DNA from: Candidatus Aenigmatarchaeota archaeon
GTDB taxonomy: Archaea; Aenigmatarchaeota; Aenigmatarchaeia; Aenigmatarchaeales; Aenigmatarchaeaceae
Direction of reading: 5' to 3'
Assembly: GCA_043814985.1 (NCBI GenBank)
Contig: JBDRJK010000015.1
Location: 1 to 45,163, forward strand
Length of the DNA: 45,163 bases
Shown: positions 1-9,411 of the stretch, in pieces
Numbering within the stretch: position 1 is the first letter of the stretch
How the letters are laid out: each line of letters begins with the position of its first letter
Notes under the pieces: model-generated
Told to the model about the DNA's origin: nothing
The model's input: the letters and a program-made list of their open reading frames with translations, nothing else
The model's database searches: none
Position numbers and translations under genes: made by a program

Positions 1-623
1 CATTCTTCTATTCTTATATTATCTGAATTAAAGACATTTGGAAAATATTTGAATTTATTACAAGCCGCTATACTAAATTGAGAATATTTGAAAAGCTCAG
101 GTATTACTTCTTCATAATGTTTTATGTCGTTATAAGCATTAAGCCAGGTTTTCTCTAGATTTAACGGGTTTTTACATTCTACGGTAACGACAGGTATGCC
201 GTTAACAAAAAGAACTACGTCAGGTATTTTTATAGTTCTTGCACCTTCGATTTCAAACTGATTAGAAACAATAAATTCGTTGTTTTCAGGGTCTTCATAA
301 TCTATTAATTTAACATATCTTAATTCTCTTGTTTTATCTAGCTTCATGGCAATTCCATTTTTTAAGAATCTTAGAATTTGTTTAACTCCCTGCATATCAG
401 AAGTTTTTCCCTTCAATTCCGATATTATTCTGTTAATATCTGTTTGATTTAGGTCTAACTCTTTATTTATTCGCTTTATTGAATTGCCTAAGTTTTTAAT
501 AAGTAAAGGTTCAGACAGATCTTCTCTTATCAATTCTTTAGGTTTTATGTAAGTCCAACCGACTTTTTCTAATTTATCTATCATTGGTTCTTCAACCAAT
601 TTTTCTTCGTTACTTTCAGACAT
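1..623 (-). CDS. hsdR: Type I restriction endonuclease subunit R, N-terminal part (runs off the window)
   Basis: Not in ORF track; hand translation MSESNEEKLVEEPMIDKLEKVGW...IPDVVLFVNGIPVVTVECK shows the HsdR PD-(D/E)xK motif. GAGGT at 631-635; alternative ATG at 629; overlaps the hsdM stop. Confidence 0.92.
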   Translation of the reverse strand, partial: MSESNEEKLVEEPMIDKLEKVGWTYIKPKELIREDLSEPLLIKNLGNSIKRINKELDLNQTDINRIISELKGKTSDMQGVKQILRFLKNGIAMKLDKTRELRYVKLIDYEDPENNEFIVSNQFEIEGARTIKIPDVVLFVNGIPVVTVECKNPLNLEKTWLNAYNDIKHYEEVIPELFKYSQFSIAACNKFKYFPNVFNSDNIRIEE

Positions 624-2997
624 TTTCATTACCTCTATATTTAAATCTTTTTTTACCAGTTAGCAAATCGTCCATCAAACTCCTTTTAATTCTTTCAAGA
701 TTTTCAGTTCTTTTTCTTTCAAGTTCAAGTTTTTTATCAATTATTAATAGAATTTCAGCAATATTTTTTTGTTCGGTAATATTTTTAGGTAATAAAAGTT
801 TAAGCCTTTCTAACTCATTTTTTTTAATTCCTTTTATTATGGAACCAGCCGATATTCTTTTAATATAGTCAAATTTATTAATCAAAGCATATTTCAAGAA
901 AGATTTATCAACCATTGTTTCATAATTTTTTATTCCTGCTACACCTCTACCCAAACAATATTTTTGATCTGCTTCGTTTATGTTGCCAATTGTAGCTCTT
1001 ATACAAAATAATAAATCTCCTTTATTTGCTATTTTTGTTGGTTCCGATGTAAACTGATTAATCAATATACCGTTTTCAGTCAAGTCAGCTGCACCGTTTA
1101 ATAAAGGTACTCCTATACCCTTTTTATTGTATGTATCACCTTGAGGTGATTGACCCATTTGTACCTTTGAAATTTTGTCCAGTCTTGTTTTCTTCCAACT
1201 ATCCGGAATTTCATTAATCTTTTCTGATGTTTTTATTAACTTCAATAAATTTTGCATCTTAGTATCAGTCTTTTTAATTTCCTTTTCTGATTTATCCATT
1301 TCTTCCAACTCTTTTTTAATATCTATTTCTTCAAGTTCTTTTTTAGGAAAAACATAAAGCGGTACAAGCAAATTATAATCATTTTCTTCATTCCTGATTT
1401 CATCAATAGAAACAACCCGAGAAAAACCTTCAATATTTTTAAAACCTTTATATGCTCTAGATATTTTTTCAATATTATTTTCTGTTAAAATATTTAGTCT
1501 TCTAACATCAGGATTTCTTTCATATTCTTTAACAGCATTAATAAAAAGAACTTTATTTTTTCTTTCTTTTGGTTTGTTTTTGTTAAAAATAATTATTGCA
1601 CCAGAAGAAGGTGTATTATAAAATAGTTTTTCCGGTAAAAGAATAACACATTCAATTAAATCTCCCTTTAAATTCTCTGTACCATCTAAGATTCTTTTTT
1701 TTATACTTTTTTCTTTAGCACCTCTAGAAAGACACCCACTATCGATAACAATTCCTACTTTACCGTTTTCGTTTGTTGAAGACAACATATGTTGAATCCA
1801 GACCCAGTCTGCTGACTGTTTTGGTGCAAATCCGTATACATATCTTTCTCTCCAAAAATCTGATCTTTTAAGTCTATTTTCGTCATAACCGTCTTGGTTC
1901 CAAGGCGGGTTAGCTATTACTAAATCAAATTTCTGAAGGCTTCCTTTATATAAAAATTTAGGATAGTCTAATGTATCTCCGTAATCTATTTTTGCATCTC
2001 TTATGTTGTGTATAAACATGTTCATTTTACACAACGCGTATATTGAAGTACTAGCTTCTTGCCCATAGAGAAACAGTTTTTCCGCTTCTTTTATTCCTAA
2101 TTTTTCTTTAATATTTTGATAAGCACCCAATAATATACCACCAGAACCAACTGCAGGATCATAAATATGTTGGTTTGGTTTAGGTTCCAATATTTCGACT
2201 AATAGTTGGATAACCTCTTTAGGTGTATAAACCTCACCCTCCTTTGCTTTTGTAGGAGCAAAATATCTTATGATCCATTCATAAGCATCTCCTATTATAT
2301 CAGGAGAAACGTCATGAAGACTTTTGGAACTAAAAAGTTCCATTAACTGTCTTAAAATTTCAAAGTTTTCCGTACTCTGAGTAAACTGAATAAATTCTAT
2401 TCTATCAACAACTCCCTTTAATTCTTGATTTTTAACAGCAAGAGCTTTGAACGAATTTGAAAGATTTTCTGGTAATTTATTAACGTCTTTTCTTATACTA
2501 TCCCACATGAATTTTTCAGGTAAATCAAATTCATGATAAACGCCTTGTTTAGCTTCCTGTTCTGCTTCTTTTTCTGACAAACCAGCTTTTATAGCATTTT
2601 TGTAAGCTTGATCATATTCTGTTTTCCATCTATCACTTACCCTTTTTAAGAAAAGCAGATTAAGTATGAATCTGTAATCCACTCTAGTTCTTATGAGATC
2701 GGCTGCTTTTTTTAGAAGAGTCTCTATGTCTTTTCTTGTTAATTTACCATTTTGAACTTGTAATTCTTCAGTCAGGTCTTTTAATTTATAAATACTTTTT
2801 CTAGCATCTTTTTTGTTCTGTTTACTTGTAAGCCATTCCTCTTTTCTCAATTTAGACAAAATAACATTAATTGTGTCATTATCATCACCAAAATTTTTAA
2901 GAACTAAAACAGCTTGGTCTCTAGTAAACGATTTATCTTTAAAAGAATCCCAAAGTTTATTGTACCTTTCTTTTACCCATTTCTTTCTTCTAGCCAT
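616..2997 (-). CDS. hsdM: Type I RM methyltransferase fused to an N-terminal wHTH-like domain and a C-terminal single-TRD HsdS half
   Basis: Motif I YDPAVGSGG, motif IV IANPPW, GEVYTP. C-terminal IPDSWKKTRL...EQKNIAEIL...LMDDLLTGK matches one HsdS TRD plus conserved helix. Confidence 0.9.
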   Translation of the reverse strand: MARRKKWVKERYNKLWDSFKDKSFTRDQAVLVLKNFGDDNDTINVILSKLRKEEWLTSKQNKKDARKSIYKLKDLTEELQVQNGKLTRKDIETLLKKAADLIRTRVDYRFILNLLFLKRVSDRWKTEYDQAYKNAIKAGLSEKEAEQEAKQGVYHEFDLPEKFMWDSIRKDVNKLPENLSNSFKALAVKNQELKGVVDRIEFIQFTQSTENFEILRQLMELFSSKSLHDVSPDIIGDAYEWIIRYFAPTKAKEGEVYTPKEVIQLLVEILEPKPNQHIYDPAVGSGGILLGAYQNIKEKLGIKEAEKLFLYGQEASTSIYALCKMNMFIHNIRDAKIDYGDTLDYPKFLYKGSLQKFDLVIANPPWNQDGYDENRLKRSDFWRERYVYGFAPKQSADWVWIQHMLSSTNENGKVGIVIDSGCLSRGAKEKSIKKRILDGTENLKGDLIECVILLPEKLFYNTPSSGAIIIFNKNKPKERKNKVLFINAVKEYERNPDVRRLNILTENNIEKISRAYKGFKNIEGFSRVVSIDEIRNEENDYNLLVPLYVFPKKELEEIDIKKELEEMDKSEKEIKKTDTKMQNLLKLIKTSEKINEIPDSWKKTRLDKISKVQMGQSPQGDTYNKKGIGVPLLNGAADLTENGILINQFTSEPTKIANKGDLLFCIRATIGNINEADQKYCLGRGVAGIKNYETMVDKSFLKYALINKFDYIKRISAGSIIKGIKKNELERLKLLLPKNITEQKNIAEILLIIDKKLELERKRTENLERIKRSLMDDLLTGKKRFKYRGNENV

Positions 2998-3070
2998 ACC
3001 ATTATTGTGTAAGATAACTATTTAAAGCTTATATTTTTAAGGTTATTTAATTTTCTTATACTTATTTGAC

Positions 3071-3385
3071 TTAAAACCTCAAAGGAAGGCCCGCTGCTTT
3101 TGCTCTTCTTATAATCTCTTCATGTGACATTCTTGGACCTTCTTTTAATGCTCTTTCTATTTCCTTTTTGCTCTTACCACAATTTGGACATTTTTCTGAT
3201 AAAACTGTGTGTTTTTCGGGTGTGAAATATGCTTTTCTTTTTGTTCCCGCCGAAGCTGAACTCGAACTTGAGAATCTACGCATTGAAGGTCTATAATGAA
3301 CACTTATCTCGCCTTTTTTGCAAAAAGGACACTCTATCTTTTTAATAATTTTTGTACTATATTCTGGATAACTGTCTGAAACCAT
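3071..3385 (-). CDS. Small zinc-finger protein
   Basis: CPFC...CPNC pairs; GTGATAG SD-like sequence upstream; co-oriented with element genes. Confidence 0.7.
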   Translation of the reverse strand: MVSDSYPEYSTKIIKKIECPFCKKGEISVHYRPSMRRFSSSSSASAGTKRKAYFTPEKHTVLSEKCPNCGKSKKEIERALKEGPRMSHEEIIRRAKAAGLPLRF

Positions 3386-3397
3386 ACTATCACTAAA

Positions 3398-3694
3398 CTA
3401 TTTTTCTTTTTGAACTTTAAAATCGTTCCTAACAGTCCATTTGTAGACAAGCTCTGCTATTACACGATCTGACTCTCGACCGTTTTTCTTGCATTTTTCA
3501 ACAAATTTTGTCCAAATCTCAGGTTTCAATATATCCAAAAATATAGTCTGTCTAGAAGAATCGTCATGTTTGTTCAAATATGATAGAATGCACAATTTGG
3601 CAAGATTATATGAAGAAATACCCATCTCCTCTCTCTTAGCTTCGAATTTATCAAATAACTCCGAGTTCAAATCAGTGCTCACTCTTTGGAACAT
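3398..3694 (-). CDS. Putative tandem ribbon-helix-helix DNA-binding protein
   Basis: Two strand-helix-helix-like repeats (RVSTDLNSELFDKF...GISSYNLAKLCILSYL; IFLDILKPEIWTKF...GRESDRVIAELVYKW). ATG at 3694 preferred over the track start at 3736. Confidence 0.55.
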   Translation of the reverse strand: MFQRVSTDLNSELFDKFEAKREEMGISSYNLAKLCILSYLNKHDDSSRQTIFLDILKPEIWTKFVEKCKKNGRESDRVIAELVYKWTVRNDFKVQKEK

Positions 3695-3809
3695 ATGCCA
3701 AAATATCGCCGAAACTAACATAAAAATGTGGTGCATTGGAGTGTAGTGTAGCCTGTATGTTATAGACCGAAGAGATAAAATTTACGATTTCACGTCATTT
3801 GGATGTAGA

Positions 3810-3912
3810 AAAACATTGTTAAAACATGGTTTAACAATTTTAATGATATTAACGATGTTTTCACTCATCTCGCTATAAGGGTAATGAGTACTATCCTAGT
3901 TAATATCATTAA
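3810..3912. repeat. Nested AT-rich inverted repeats (candidate origin or operator)
   Basis: TTAATGATATTAAC 3840-3853 / GTTAATATCATTAA 3899-3912 (perfect 14 bp); ATTGTTAAA 3815-3823 / TTTAACAAT 3830-3838; AAAACATTGTTAA 3810-3822 / TTAACGATGTTTT 3849-3861 (1 mismatch). Confidence 0.7.
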
Positions 3913-3917
3913 TATGG

Positions 3918-6089
3918 TTATTTTTCTAACATTGACTGCACGTCGTTTTCCGCAGACCATTTGTTTTTGATACCGAGTATGAAATACTTTGTTGTCTTAG
4001 TTCCATCTCGCAGTTTAACGTTAATTCTCCTTTTCTCAAACCCTTCTCTTGCAACAGTGCTGCCTATTTCTTTACTGCTCATAGACCTGAACTTGTTCTT
4101 CTTCAGATAAATAAGAAAACTATCCCTAAAATCGGAAAACGGCACCTTTCCGTCAGGATCTTTATCATATTTCTCGTTTATGAATTTAGTTATCGGATTC
4201 GAAAGTTCCTCGTATTTTCTCTCCCTCTCATCCAAAGTCCCTTCGTTTGTGAATTCTCTTCCGCTTAGCAACTCTTTCAGTATTCTCATTGACTTTCTAG
4301 CCAAATTCCTGTACTCCTCGTCCGGTATGGTTGACAGAATATCCACCTTCTCTGAGAACTGGTTAGGAAAGTCAATACATAGCCACCTTCTATAGAATCC
4401 CTTGGTCCTATCAGTCGTCATCGGCAGTGAATTAGTCGCTAATAGTATTTTTGCATAGTTGAAGTCCTGAAACGGATCTCGGTTCTTGAACTCAAAACCT
4501 ATCAAGTCCTGCCCGGTAAGTCTCTTGATAATGTCGGTTTTAGATAGAATTGTAAAGTTAGTCTCGCCCATAAGACATATAAGCTTCTTGTACAGTCTCG
4601 CGCTCTCAAACCTTGATTTCAGTAACAAATCTAGATTAGCCGAAGCACAGTTGTCTTTTCCCACCGCTTTGGCAAGCAAGTTAAGGAACGTTGTTTTGCC
4701 GTTCATCCCATAGCCAATGAAACAGAATATCCTATGAATAGGATAGTTTGGTAGGAAGCAGTAGGCGACTATTTCATATAACGTCCGCGCATATTTCTCT
4801 CCTACCCAATCTCTGAAAAGCTTGTCTATAGTCGGGGTATCCTCGCTTTCGCCAAGCTCCCACGGTATTGGATTGGTAGCAAAGAAGTCAGGTGTGGCGT
4901 CCATGATCTCTCCAGTAGATACATCTACTATGGTCTTATCGAATTGCACCCACGTCTTACCTAATGGCTTTGGTTGGCGTCGTCTTCCTACCCTTCTCAT
5001 GGCTTCGAGTATCTCGTTTTTAATGTCGCTTTTGGTGGTTCTCTCTTTAATATCAAGCGCGTCATCAATGCAAATCATAAGGTCTGTTTCGTCAACCATT
5101 TCGAAACATTTTCTTTTATGGTTCCATATCCACCAAATCTTGGCCTTGTCGTATGAGAACGGCTCTTTTGCATAGAACTGCTCGGCCATTTCAATTTTAT
5201 TCTCAATAGAAGTTATGAAAGACTTTAACTCCATCAATGGAACAGATTCAGATGATTCTGTCTCCAATATTTTCTTTTCCATCAGATTTTCAATAGTATC
5301 CGATTCGAGTTTCTCGGAAAGGTAAGAAGTCGGACGTCTCAAAAGATATTTAACATGCATGGCTACCTCATTGGCATCACGCGGCGGTTTACATCTGGAA
5401 TTGAAGTCCAAAGCCATTTTTTCTATTATAGTCGGGTCGTAACCAAGTTTATACAGTTCCTTGACAACAATCCAAGTGTTCATATTCCTGAATCCTTCTT
5501 CGCATCCATTCTCTATTAACTGCTTCACATTGTTTGGAAGTGTTTTAACAGCAGATGTCATAGTTACTGGTACAAATATTTTTTTGTCGTACCTTGAACG
5601 CAACCCCTTTAAAGCGTCTTTCAGTTCTTTCCATGTTATTGTCGCTATGGGTTTGTCATGCAACACGGTATATGGTTTTTTGTTCGGATGTATAGAACCT
5701 GGTCCAACAATTTGTGAACCAATACCCTGAATCTCTCCATAGTGAGTACCATTTCTAGCTACAACAATTTTTCTATCGCAGTCCGGACAGATGAAGTAGA
5801 AATGCTTTCTATTTGGATCTTTGTTGCCGGTCTTAACCACAAATGTTTCTGGAAGAGCTTCCATGAGCTTTCCAAGTTCTTCTCTGTCAACGTCTACTAC
5901 AACCAGCCCGCCGACACCACAAACTATTCCGTAATTCCCGCCTTTGGCAAGGTGTTCTGATAATTCTTGTGAATCGAATGTATAGTTGTTGCTGCTTTGC
6001 CAATTAACCTCAAATGGAGCCTTCTCTTTGGCTTTAATCTTCACAAACCTGAATCTATTATCTCTGAGATGAACAGGAATTTCAGTCAT
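3918..6089 (-). CDS. Bifunctional primase-polymerase fused to PriCT and D5/P4-type SF3 helicase (replication protein)
   Basis: Prim-Pol motifs GNYGIVCG..VVVDVD, VKTG, HFYF, GPGSIH; PriCT-like EGFRN; Walker A GYGMNGKTT; SF3 motif C LLATNSLP and arginine finger YRRW. Confidence 0.92.
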   Translation of the reverse strand: MTEIPVHLRDNRFRFVKIKAKEKAPFEVNWQSSNNYTFDSQELSEHLAKGGNYGIVCGVGGLVVVDVDREELGKLMEALPETFVVKTGNKDPNRKHFYFICPDCDRKIVVARNGTHYGEIQGIGSQIVGPGSIHPNKKPYTVLHDKPIATITWKELKDALKGLRSRYDKKIFVPVTMTSAVKTLPNNVKQLIENGCEEGFRNMNTWIVVKELYKLGYDPTIIEKMALDFNSRCKPPRDANEVAMHVKYLLRRPTSYLSEKLESDTIENLMEKKILETESSESVPLMELKSFITSIENKIEMAEQFYAKEPFSYDKAKIWWIWNHKRKCFEMVDETDLMICIDDALDIKERTTKSDIKNEILEAMRRVGRRRQPKPLGKTWVQFDKTIVDVSTGEIMDATPDFFATNPIPWELGESEDTPTIDKLFRDWVGEKYARTLYEIVAYCFLPNYPIHRIFCFIGYGMNGKTTFLNLLAKAVGKDNCASANLDLLLKSRFESARLYKKLICLMGETNFTILSKTDIIKRLTGQDLIGFEFKNRDPFQDFNYAKILLATNSLPMTTDRTKGFYRRWLCIDFPNQFSEKVDILSTIPDEEYRNLARKSMRILKELLSGREFTNEGTLDERERKYEELSNPITKFINEKYDKDPDGKVPFSDFRDSFLIYLKKNKFRSMSSKEIGSTVAREGFEKRRINVKLRDGTKTTKYFILGIKNKWSAENDVQSMLEK

Positions 6090-6492
6090 AAATTGTCCTC
6101 CTTAACTTCTTACACCGAGGACAACTTTCGTCATGAACAAGTCTACAACCGCTAATTAGTGCAAAAAGTGCCGGTAATTGCCATGTTTTCAGCTTTGGTA
6201 TCATCATAGTTTTCATGCTCGGCATCTTTTTCATAAACAATAAACCACGTCGGATTTCGACGAAATCATGAATAACTAAAACATGAAGAATAAAATCCAA
6301 AGTCTCACTATCGTTATTAGAAAAAATCTTGTTGAATCTCTTGCGGCTTATACCCTTACCGAACATTGTCTCTTCTGGGAACTTTCTTCGTATCAAATCA
6401 TAGAAATATTTCTCTAAACAAGCATCTCTTTTATATTTTAAAGAAAGGTTATCCTTCATAGCGAATCTCCTGGAGTGGTTTTTCGTTGCCAT
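6082..6492 (-). CDS. Hypothetical element protein
   Basis: ORF overlapping the primase start; C-terminal CxxC; start uncertain. Confidence 0.55.
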   Translation of the reverse strand: MATKNHSRRFAMKDNLSLKYKRDACLEKYFYDLIRRKFPEETMFGKGISRKRFNKIFSNNDSETLDFILHVLVIHDFVEIRRGLLFMKKMPSMKTMMIPKLKTWQLPALFALISGCRLVHDESCPRCKKLRRTIYD

Positions 6493-6634
6493 TTGCCGGA
6501 ATTGCTCTCCTCCGGCTCTTTAAAATTTTTTCAATGCGTCCGTTAGCTTCTGTTTCTATGTAGGATAAAATATCGTCTAAAGAATCACAACTACCGATAA
6601 ATTGTTCATGTTTTAATAAACATTTTTCATTCAC
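6449..6634 (-). CDS. Small hypothetical element protein
   Basis: 61-aa ORF co-oriented with the replication operon. Confidence 0.4.
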   Translation of the reverse strand: MNEKCLLKHEQFIGSCDSLDDILSYIETEANGRIEKILKSRRRAIPANGNEKPLQEIRYEG

Positions 6635-6914
6635 TCTATCACGCTCTCTTTTAGAAACTTCAAAAAGCGTGATAGGATCGCATTCTCCAGTAGTACCTAA
6701 TCACAGGACGAATGCCGTTCCAGCATCGGCCTAAAGTTTTTACTTTGATAATAGTAGCAAACAGTTATTATTTAAAGATTGATGGAATATTGTACCCGTC
6801 ATGACAGCGTAATGCGACAGTTTAAGTAAATTACGTAAAATTCTGATTCGGTAAGAGGGGTGCAATATTGTATGAAGGCTGCACGCTAAGAAAACCGTGT
6901 AAGAGTTAGAAAAT

Positions 6915-7205
6915 TTATTCATACCTTTCTTTGGCAATATCTAAGAATATACCCAACTGTTCATCCCATTTGTCAAGTTCTTCCAGTATAGGATGTCTGG
7001 GCGGCAGTTCCATATTGAGAACATACTTGTCATAGAGCTTCTTATACTTCTTATTGAATGTATTGAAGATTCTCTTGAACTTCTCGGGGTTGTTATCCTT
7101 GATAGTCCTAAGTTCTACTTTCTTGTATTTTCTGAATCGCAGTTCGTTAGGAATCTTCTCCATAATGCCCGCGAAGGTATTGGAAGAATTAACATTTAAA
7201 ATCAT
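6915..7205 (-). CDS. Hypothetical protein downstream of the integrase
   Basis: 96-aa ORF starting 7 nt after the integrase stop; start uncertain. Confidence 0.55.
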   Translation of the reverse strand: MILNVNSSNTFAGIMEKIPNELRFRKYKKVELRTIKDNNPEKFKRIFNTFNKKYKKLYDKYVLNMELPPRHPILEELDKWDEQLGIFLDIAKERYE

Positions 7206-7212
7206 AGCTGGT

Positions 7213-8454
7213 TTACTCTATTGTTTTCTCAACCGATAACATAGATTGAAGCTTCTTCTCTATGGTATTCTGTATCATCTGCTCAAGAGAACTTGGAGTC
7301 ATCATCTGTATCAGCTGCTTCTCTTTCATTCTCGCAGCTTCATCCAATGTCTTGGCATCCAAAGGAAACTTGCATTTAACACAGTAAGAGTTATCGAACG
7401 GGTTTCTCTCACCGCAGTTTGCACAAACCTTAGGAACCAGTATGTCAACATTCTTCTGAATCTTGTCTGTTATGCCATACAAATCTCTCAGAAACATTTC
7501 GTCTACATCCTTGCCTGTCATGTGTATGTATATGCTCGGCATGGTAGAATCTTTTGTCCAACCAAAATTCTTTCTCAAACCTTCTTCAGGTATCTTCTTA
7601 GCAACCTGTGAAATTCTGCTATGACGGAATAGATGGGCGTATACTCTTTTGTTGATATTACACCTTTCCGCGGCTTTTCTCAGCAGTTTATTGAAACTGT
7701 TCCTATCCAACTTTTTCTTACTGTTTCTGACAGTAGGAAAAAGCCAAGCTTCTTCATTATCCTTGTCGGGATGATACTTCAACCATTGCTTAAGGTAAGG
7801 AATGCTGTTCACTACCCTTACCGAACGCACGCCTGTTTTTCCATCAACACACAACATGAACCCCCATTCATCTCTTTTCACTCCCTTTATTTTGATGTTT
7901 CTGAACTCAGATGAACGGAAGCCAGTCTCGTACAAAGTGCTGATAATCGCTTTGTTTCTTGGGTCTTTGGTAGATTCTATCATCCTTTTGATTTCTTCTT
8001 CCGTAAGGATATCCTCGGGTTTTACAGTCACTTGTTTCATCGAAACTTTCATATTAGCCAGAAAATCCGGCAGATTGTCCTTGGTCATCCATCTGTAGAA
8101 CTTCCTGATTCTAGCTTTGGTAGTGTTCATCGTAGTTTTCTTCCAGTTGTTTTTCTTCATTTCGATGATGTATTGCATGAAGGTGTCCTCATCTACACCA
8201 TCAAAATCGGTTTCTCCGACAAATTCTGCGAAATGATGAAGGGTCCCTACATACCCTACCTTAGAAACGTCTGATTCCAAGTCTCCTATGATATCCTGTT
8301 GGATTATGAACTTCTGTATAGTCTCCAAGTTTCTCCTAGAACCCTTGCTATCCCTGAGTTTGGGCTCATTTTTCTTGGTTCTGCCCTTTCTTGGGAACTT
8401 CAGATTGCTCATAGCTGACATATACTTCTGAAGCTTCTCTTCACTAGTCATCAT
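7213..8454 (-). CDS. Tyrosine recombinase/integrase with C-terminal zinc ribbon
   Basis: Catalytic set R (TGFRSSE), K (GKTG), HxxR (HLFRHS), W (FGW), Y (SIYIH); C-terminal CANC...CVKC. Confidence 0.95.
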   Translation of the reverse strand: MMTSEEKLQKYMSAMSNLKFPRKGRTKKNEPKLRDSKGSRRNLETIQKFIIQQDIIGDLESDVSKVGYVGTLHHFAEFVGETDFDGVDEDTFMQYIIEMKKNNWKKTTMNTTKARIRKFYRWMTKDNLPDFLANMKVSMKQVTVKPEDILTEEEIKRMIESTKDPRNKAIISTLYETGFRSSEFRNIKIKGVKRDEWGFMLCVDGKTGVRSVRVVNSIPYLKQWLKYHPDKDNEEAWLFPTVRNSKKKLDRNSFNKLLRKAAERCNINKRVYAHLFRHSRISQVAKKIPEEGLRKNFGWTKDSTMPSIYIHMTGKDVDEMFLRDLYGITDKIQKNVDILVPKVCANCGERNPFDNSYCVKCKFPLDAKTLDEAARMKEKQLIQMMTPSSLEQMIQNTIEKKLQSMLSVEKTIE

Positions 8455-8550
8455 TTCGATTCGCCGAGAAAGGGATTCTTTTACTATAATTTAAATACGG
8501 TGCGCTATTGAATATGAAGCTTATTTTATATACGCAATCTATATAAATTT

Positions 8551-9228
8551 ATGTCAATGCTAAAAGACCTGGCAGTTTTTTTGCTGTCATCCCTATTCGC
8601 GGGTTTACTGTTTACTACTCTTATCTCTTATACCCTGGGTGACTCCATAAAAAAGGATGGTCTTAAGGATTTTGCAAGTTCTGTATTGGACCCTACTCTT
8701 ATGGAACAACAATGTGAAGATCAGTGTCTCAATTTTGAAAACATAACCGAGGAAGGCTTGAAAATGTGCACAGAACAGTGTGTGATTGATGTTGAAAAAA
8801 GGAAAGTTGAGATGTTTGAGTCTATTGATAGTCTGTATGAAGAGGAGATTCTGTGGCTTTCTATGAGCCAGTGGCTAATGATTATGGATTATACTATAAT
8901 ACTCTTTATTCTAACTGTCTTGTTGGGCGTACTTATTCTAATTACAACAAAGGAGCCTTTGTCTGATTTAGGCAAAAACATGATATCTGTAGCTGTATTG
9001 ACTTATTTTGTGGCATCTGTTTTCCCGAACCTCATAACAATGTTCTCCAATGTCTCTGCTGAAGAAATGGTCTATAACTTCCTAGGGAATGGTCTAGAGC
9101 AACTCAGTTTTATTTCTTCTATAATCATTGTTGCAGGAGTTATCCTTGTGATAATTGGTTATATAATCAAATGGAGAAAGGGTAAAAAGAAACAAAGGAA
9201 AACAAAAGTTAAAAAATCGAAGAAATAA
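8551..9228 (+). CDS. Multi-pass membrane protein
   Basis: About four hydrophobic segments, a Cys-containing loop and a Lys-rich tail. Confidence 0.75.
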   Translation: MSMLKDLAVFLLSSLFAGLLFTTLISYTLGDSIKKDGLKDFASSVLDPTLMEQQCEDQCLNFENITEEGLKMCTEQCVIDVEKRKVEMFESIDSLYEEEILWLSMSQWLMIMDYTIILFILTVLLGVLILITTKEPLSDLGKNMISVAVLTYFVASVFPNLITMFSNVSAEEMVYNFLGNGLEQLSFISSIIIVAGVILVIIGYIIKWRKGKKKQRKTKVKKSKK

Positions 9229-9411
9229 TTACTTTACTCTTACTGCATACTTTCCAGGGGCTGTTATGCCAGCCTCCCTTGAAATCTCAGAATCAGCGTT
9301 TATCACGACAAGGATGCCTCTCCAGCTCTTTGTAATATCGCTAGTCTTGCAGATAGGGCAGATGTTACCCTTAAGCAATCTTCTGCATTTTCTACAAGCT
9401 TTGTCAGGCAT
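9229..9411 (-). CDS. spt4: Transcription elongation factor Spt4 (RpoE'')
   Basis: KACRKC...CPIC...SWRG...PGKYAVRV; directly downstream of rpoE'. Confidence 0.95.
   Translation of the reverse strand: MPDKACRKCRRLLKGNICPICKTSDITKSWRGILVVINADSEISREAGITAPGKYAVRVK

Larger units (their letters stand above)
1..8480. mobile_element. Integrated plasmid/provirus-like element (left end outside window)
   Basis: Contiguous minus-strand run of tyrosine integrase, primase-helicase, small orphan ORFs and a type I RM locus; host-type genes resume at 8551. Right boundary is approximate. Confidence 0.8.

Noticed and set aside
6640..6914. Possible ncRNA or ORF (6740-6937) in the element's intergenic gap
   Set aside because: No convincing long stem or recognisable motif by eye, and the ORF overlaps its neighbour; more likely a promoter region. 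A covariance search would be needed to exclude an RNA.
8518..8528. TAAAATAAGCT upstream of both integrases (also 44682-44692)
   Set aside because: An AT-rich 11-mer at different offsets, and it also occurs at the rpoD stop (42087-42097); consistent with chance or generic promoter sequence.
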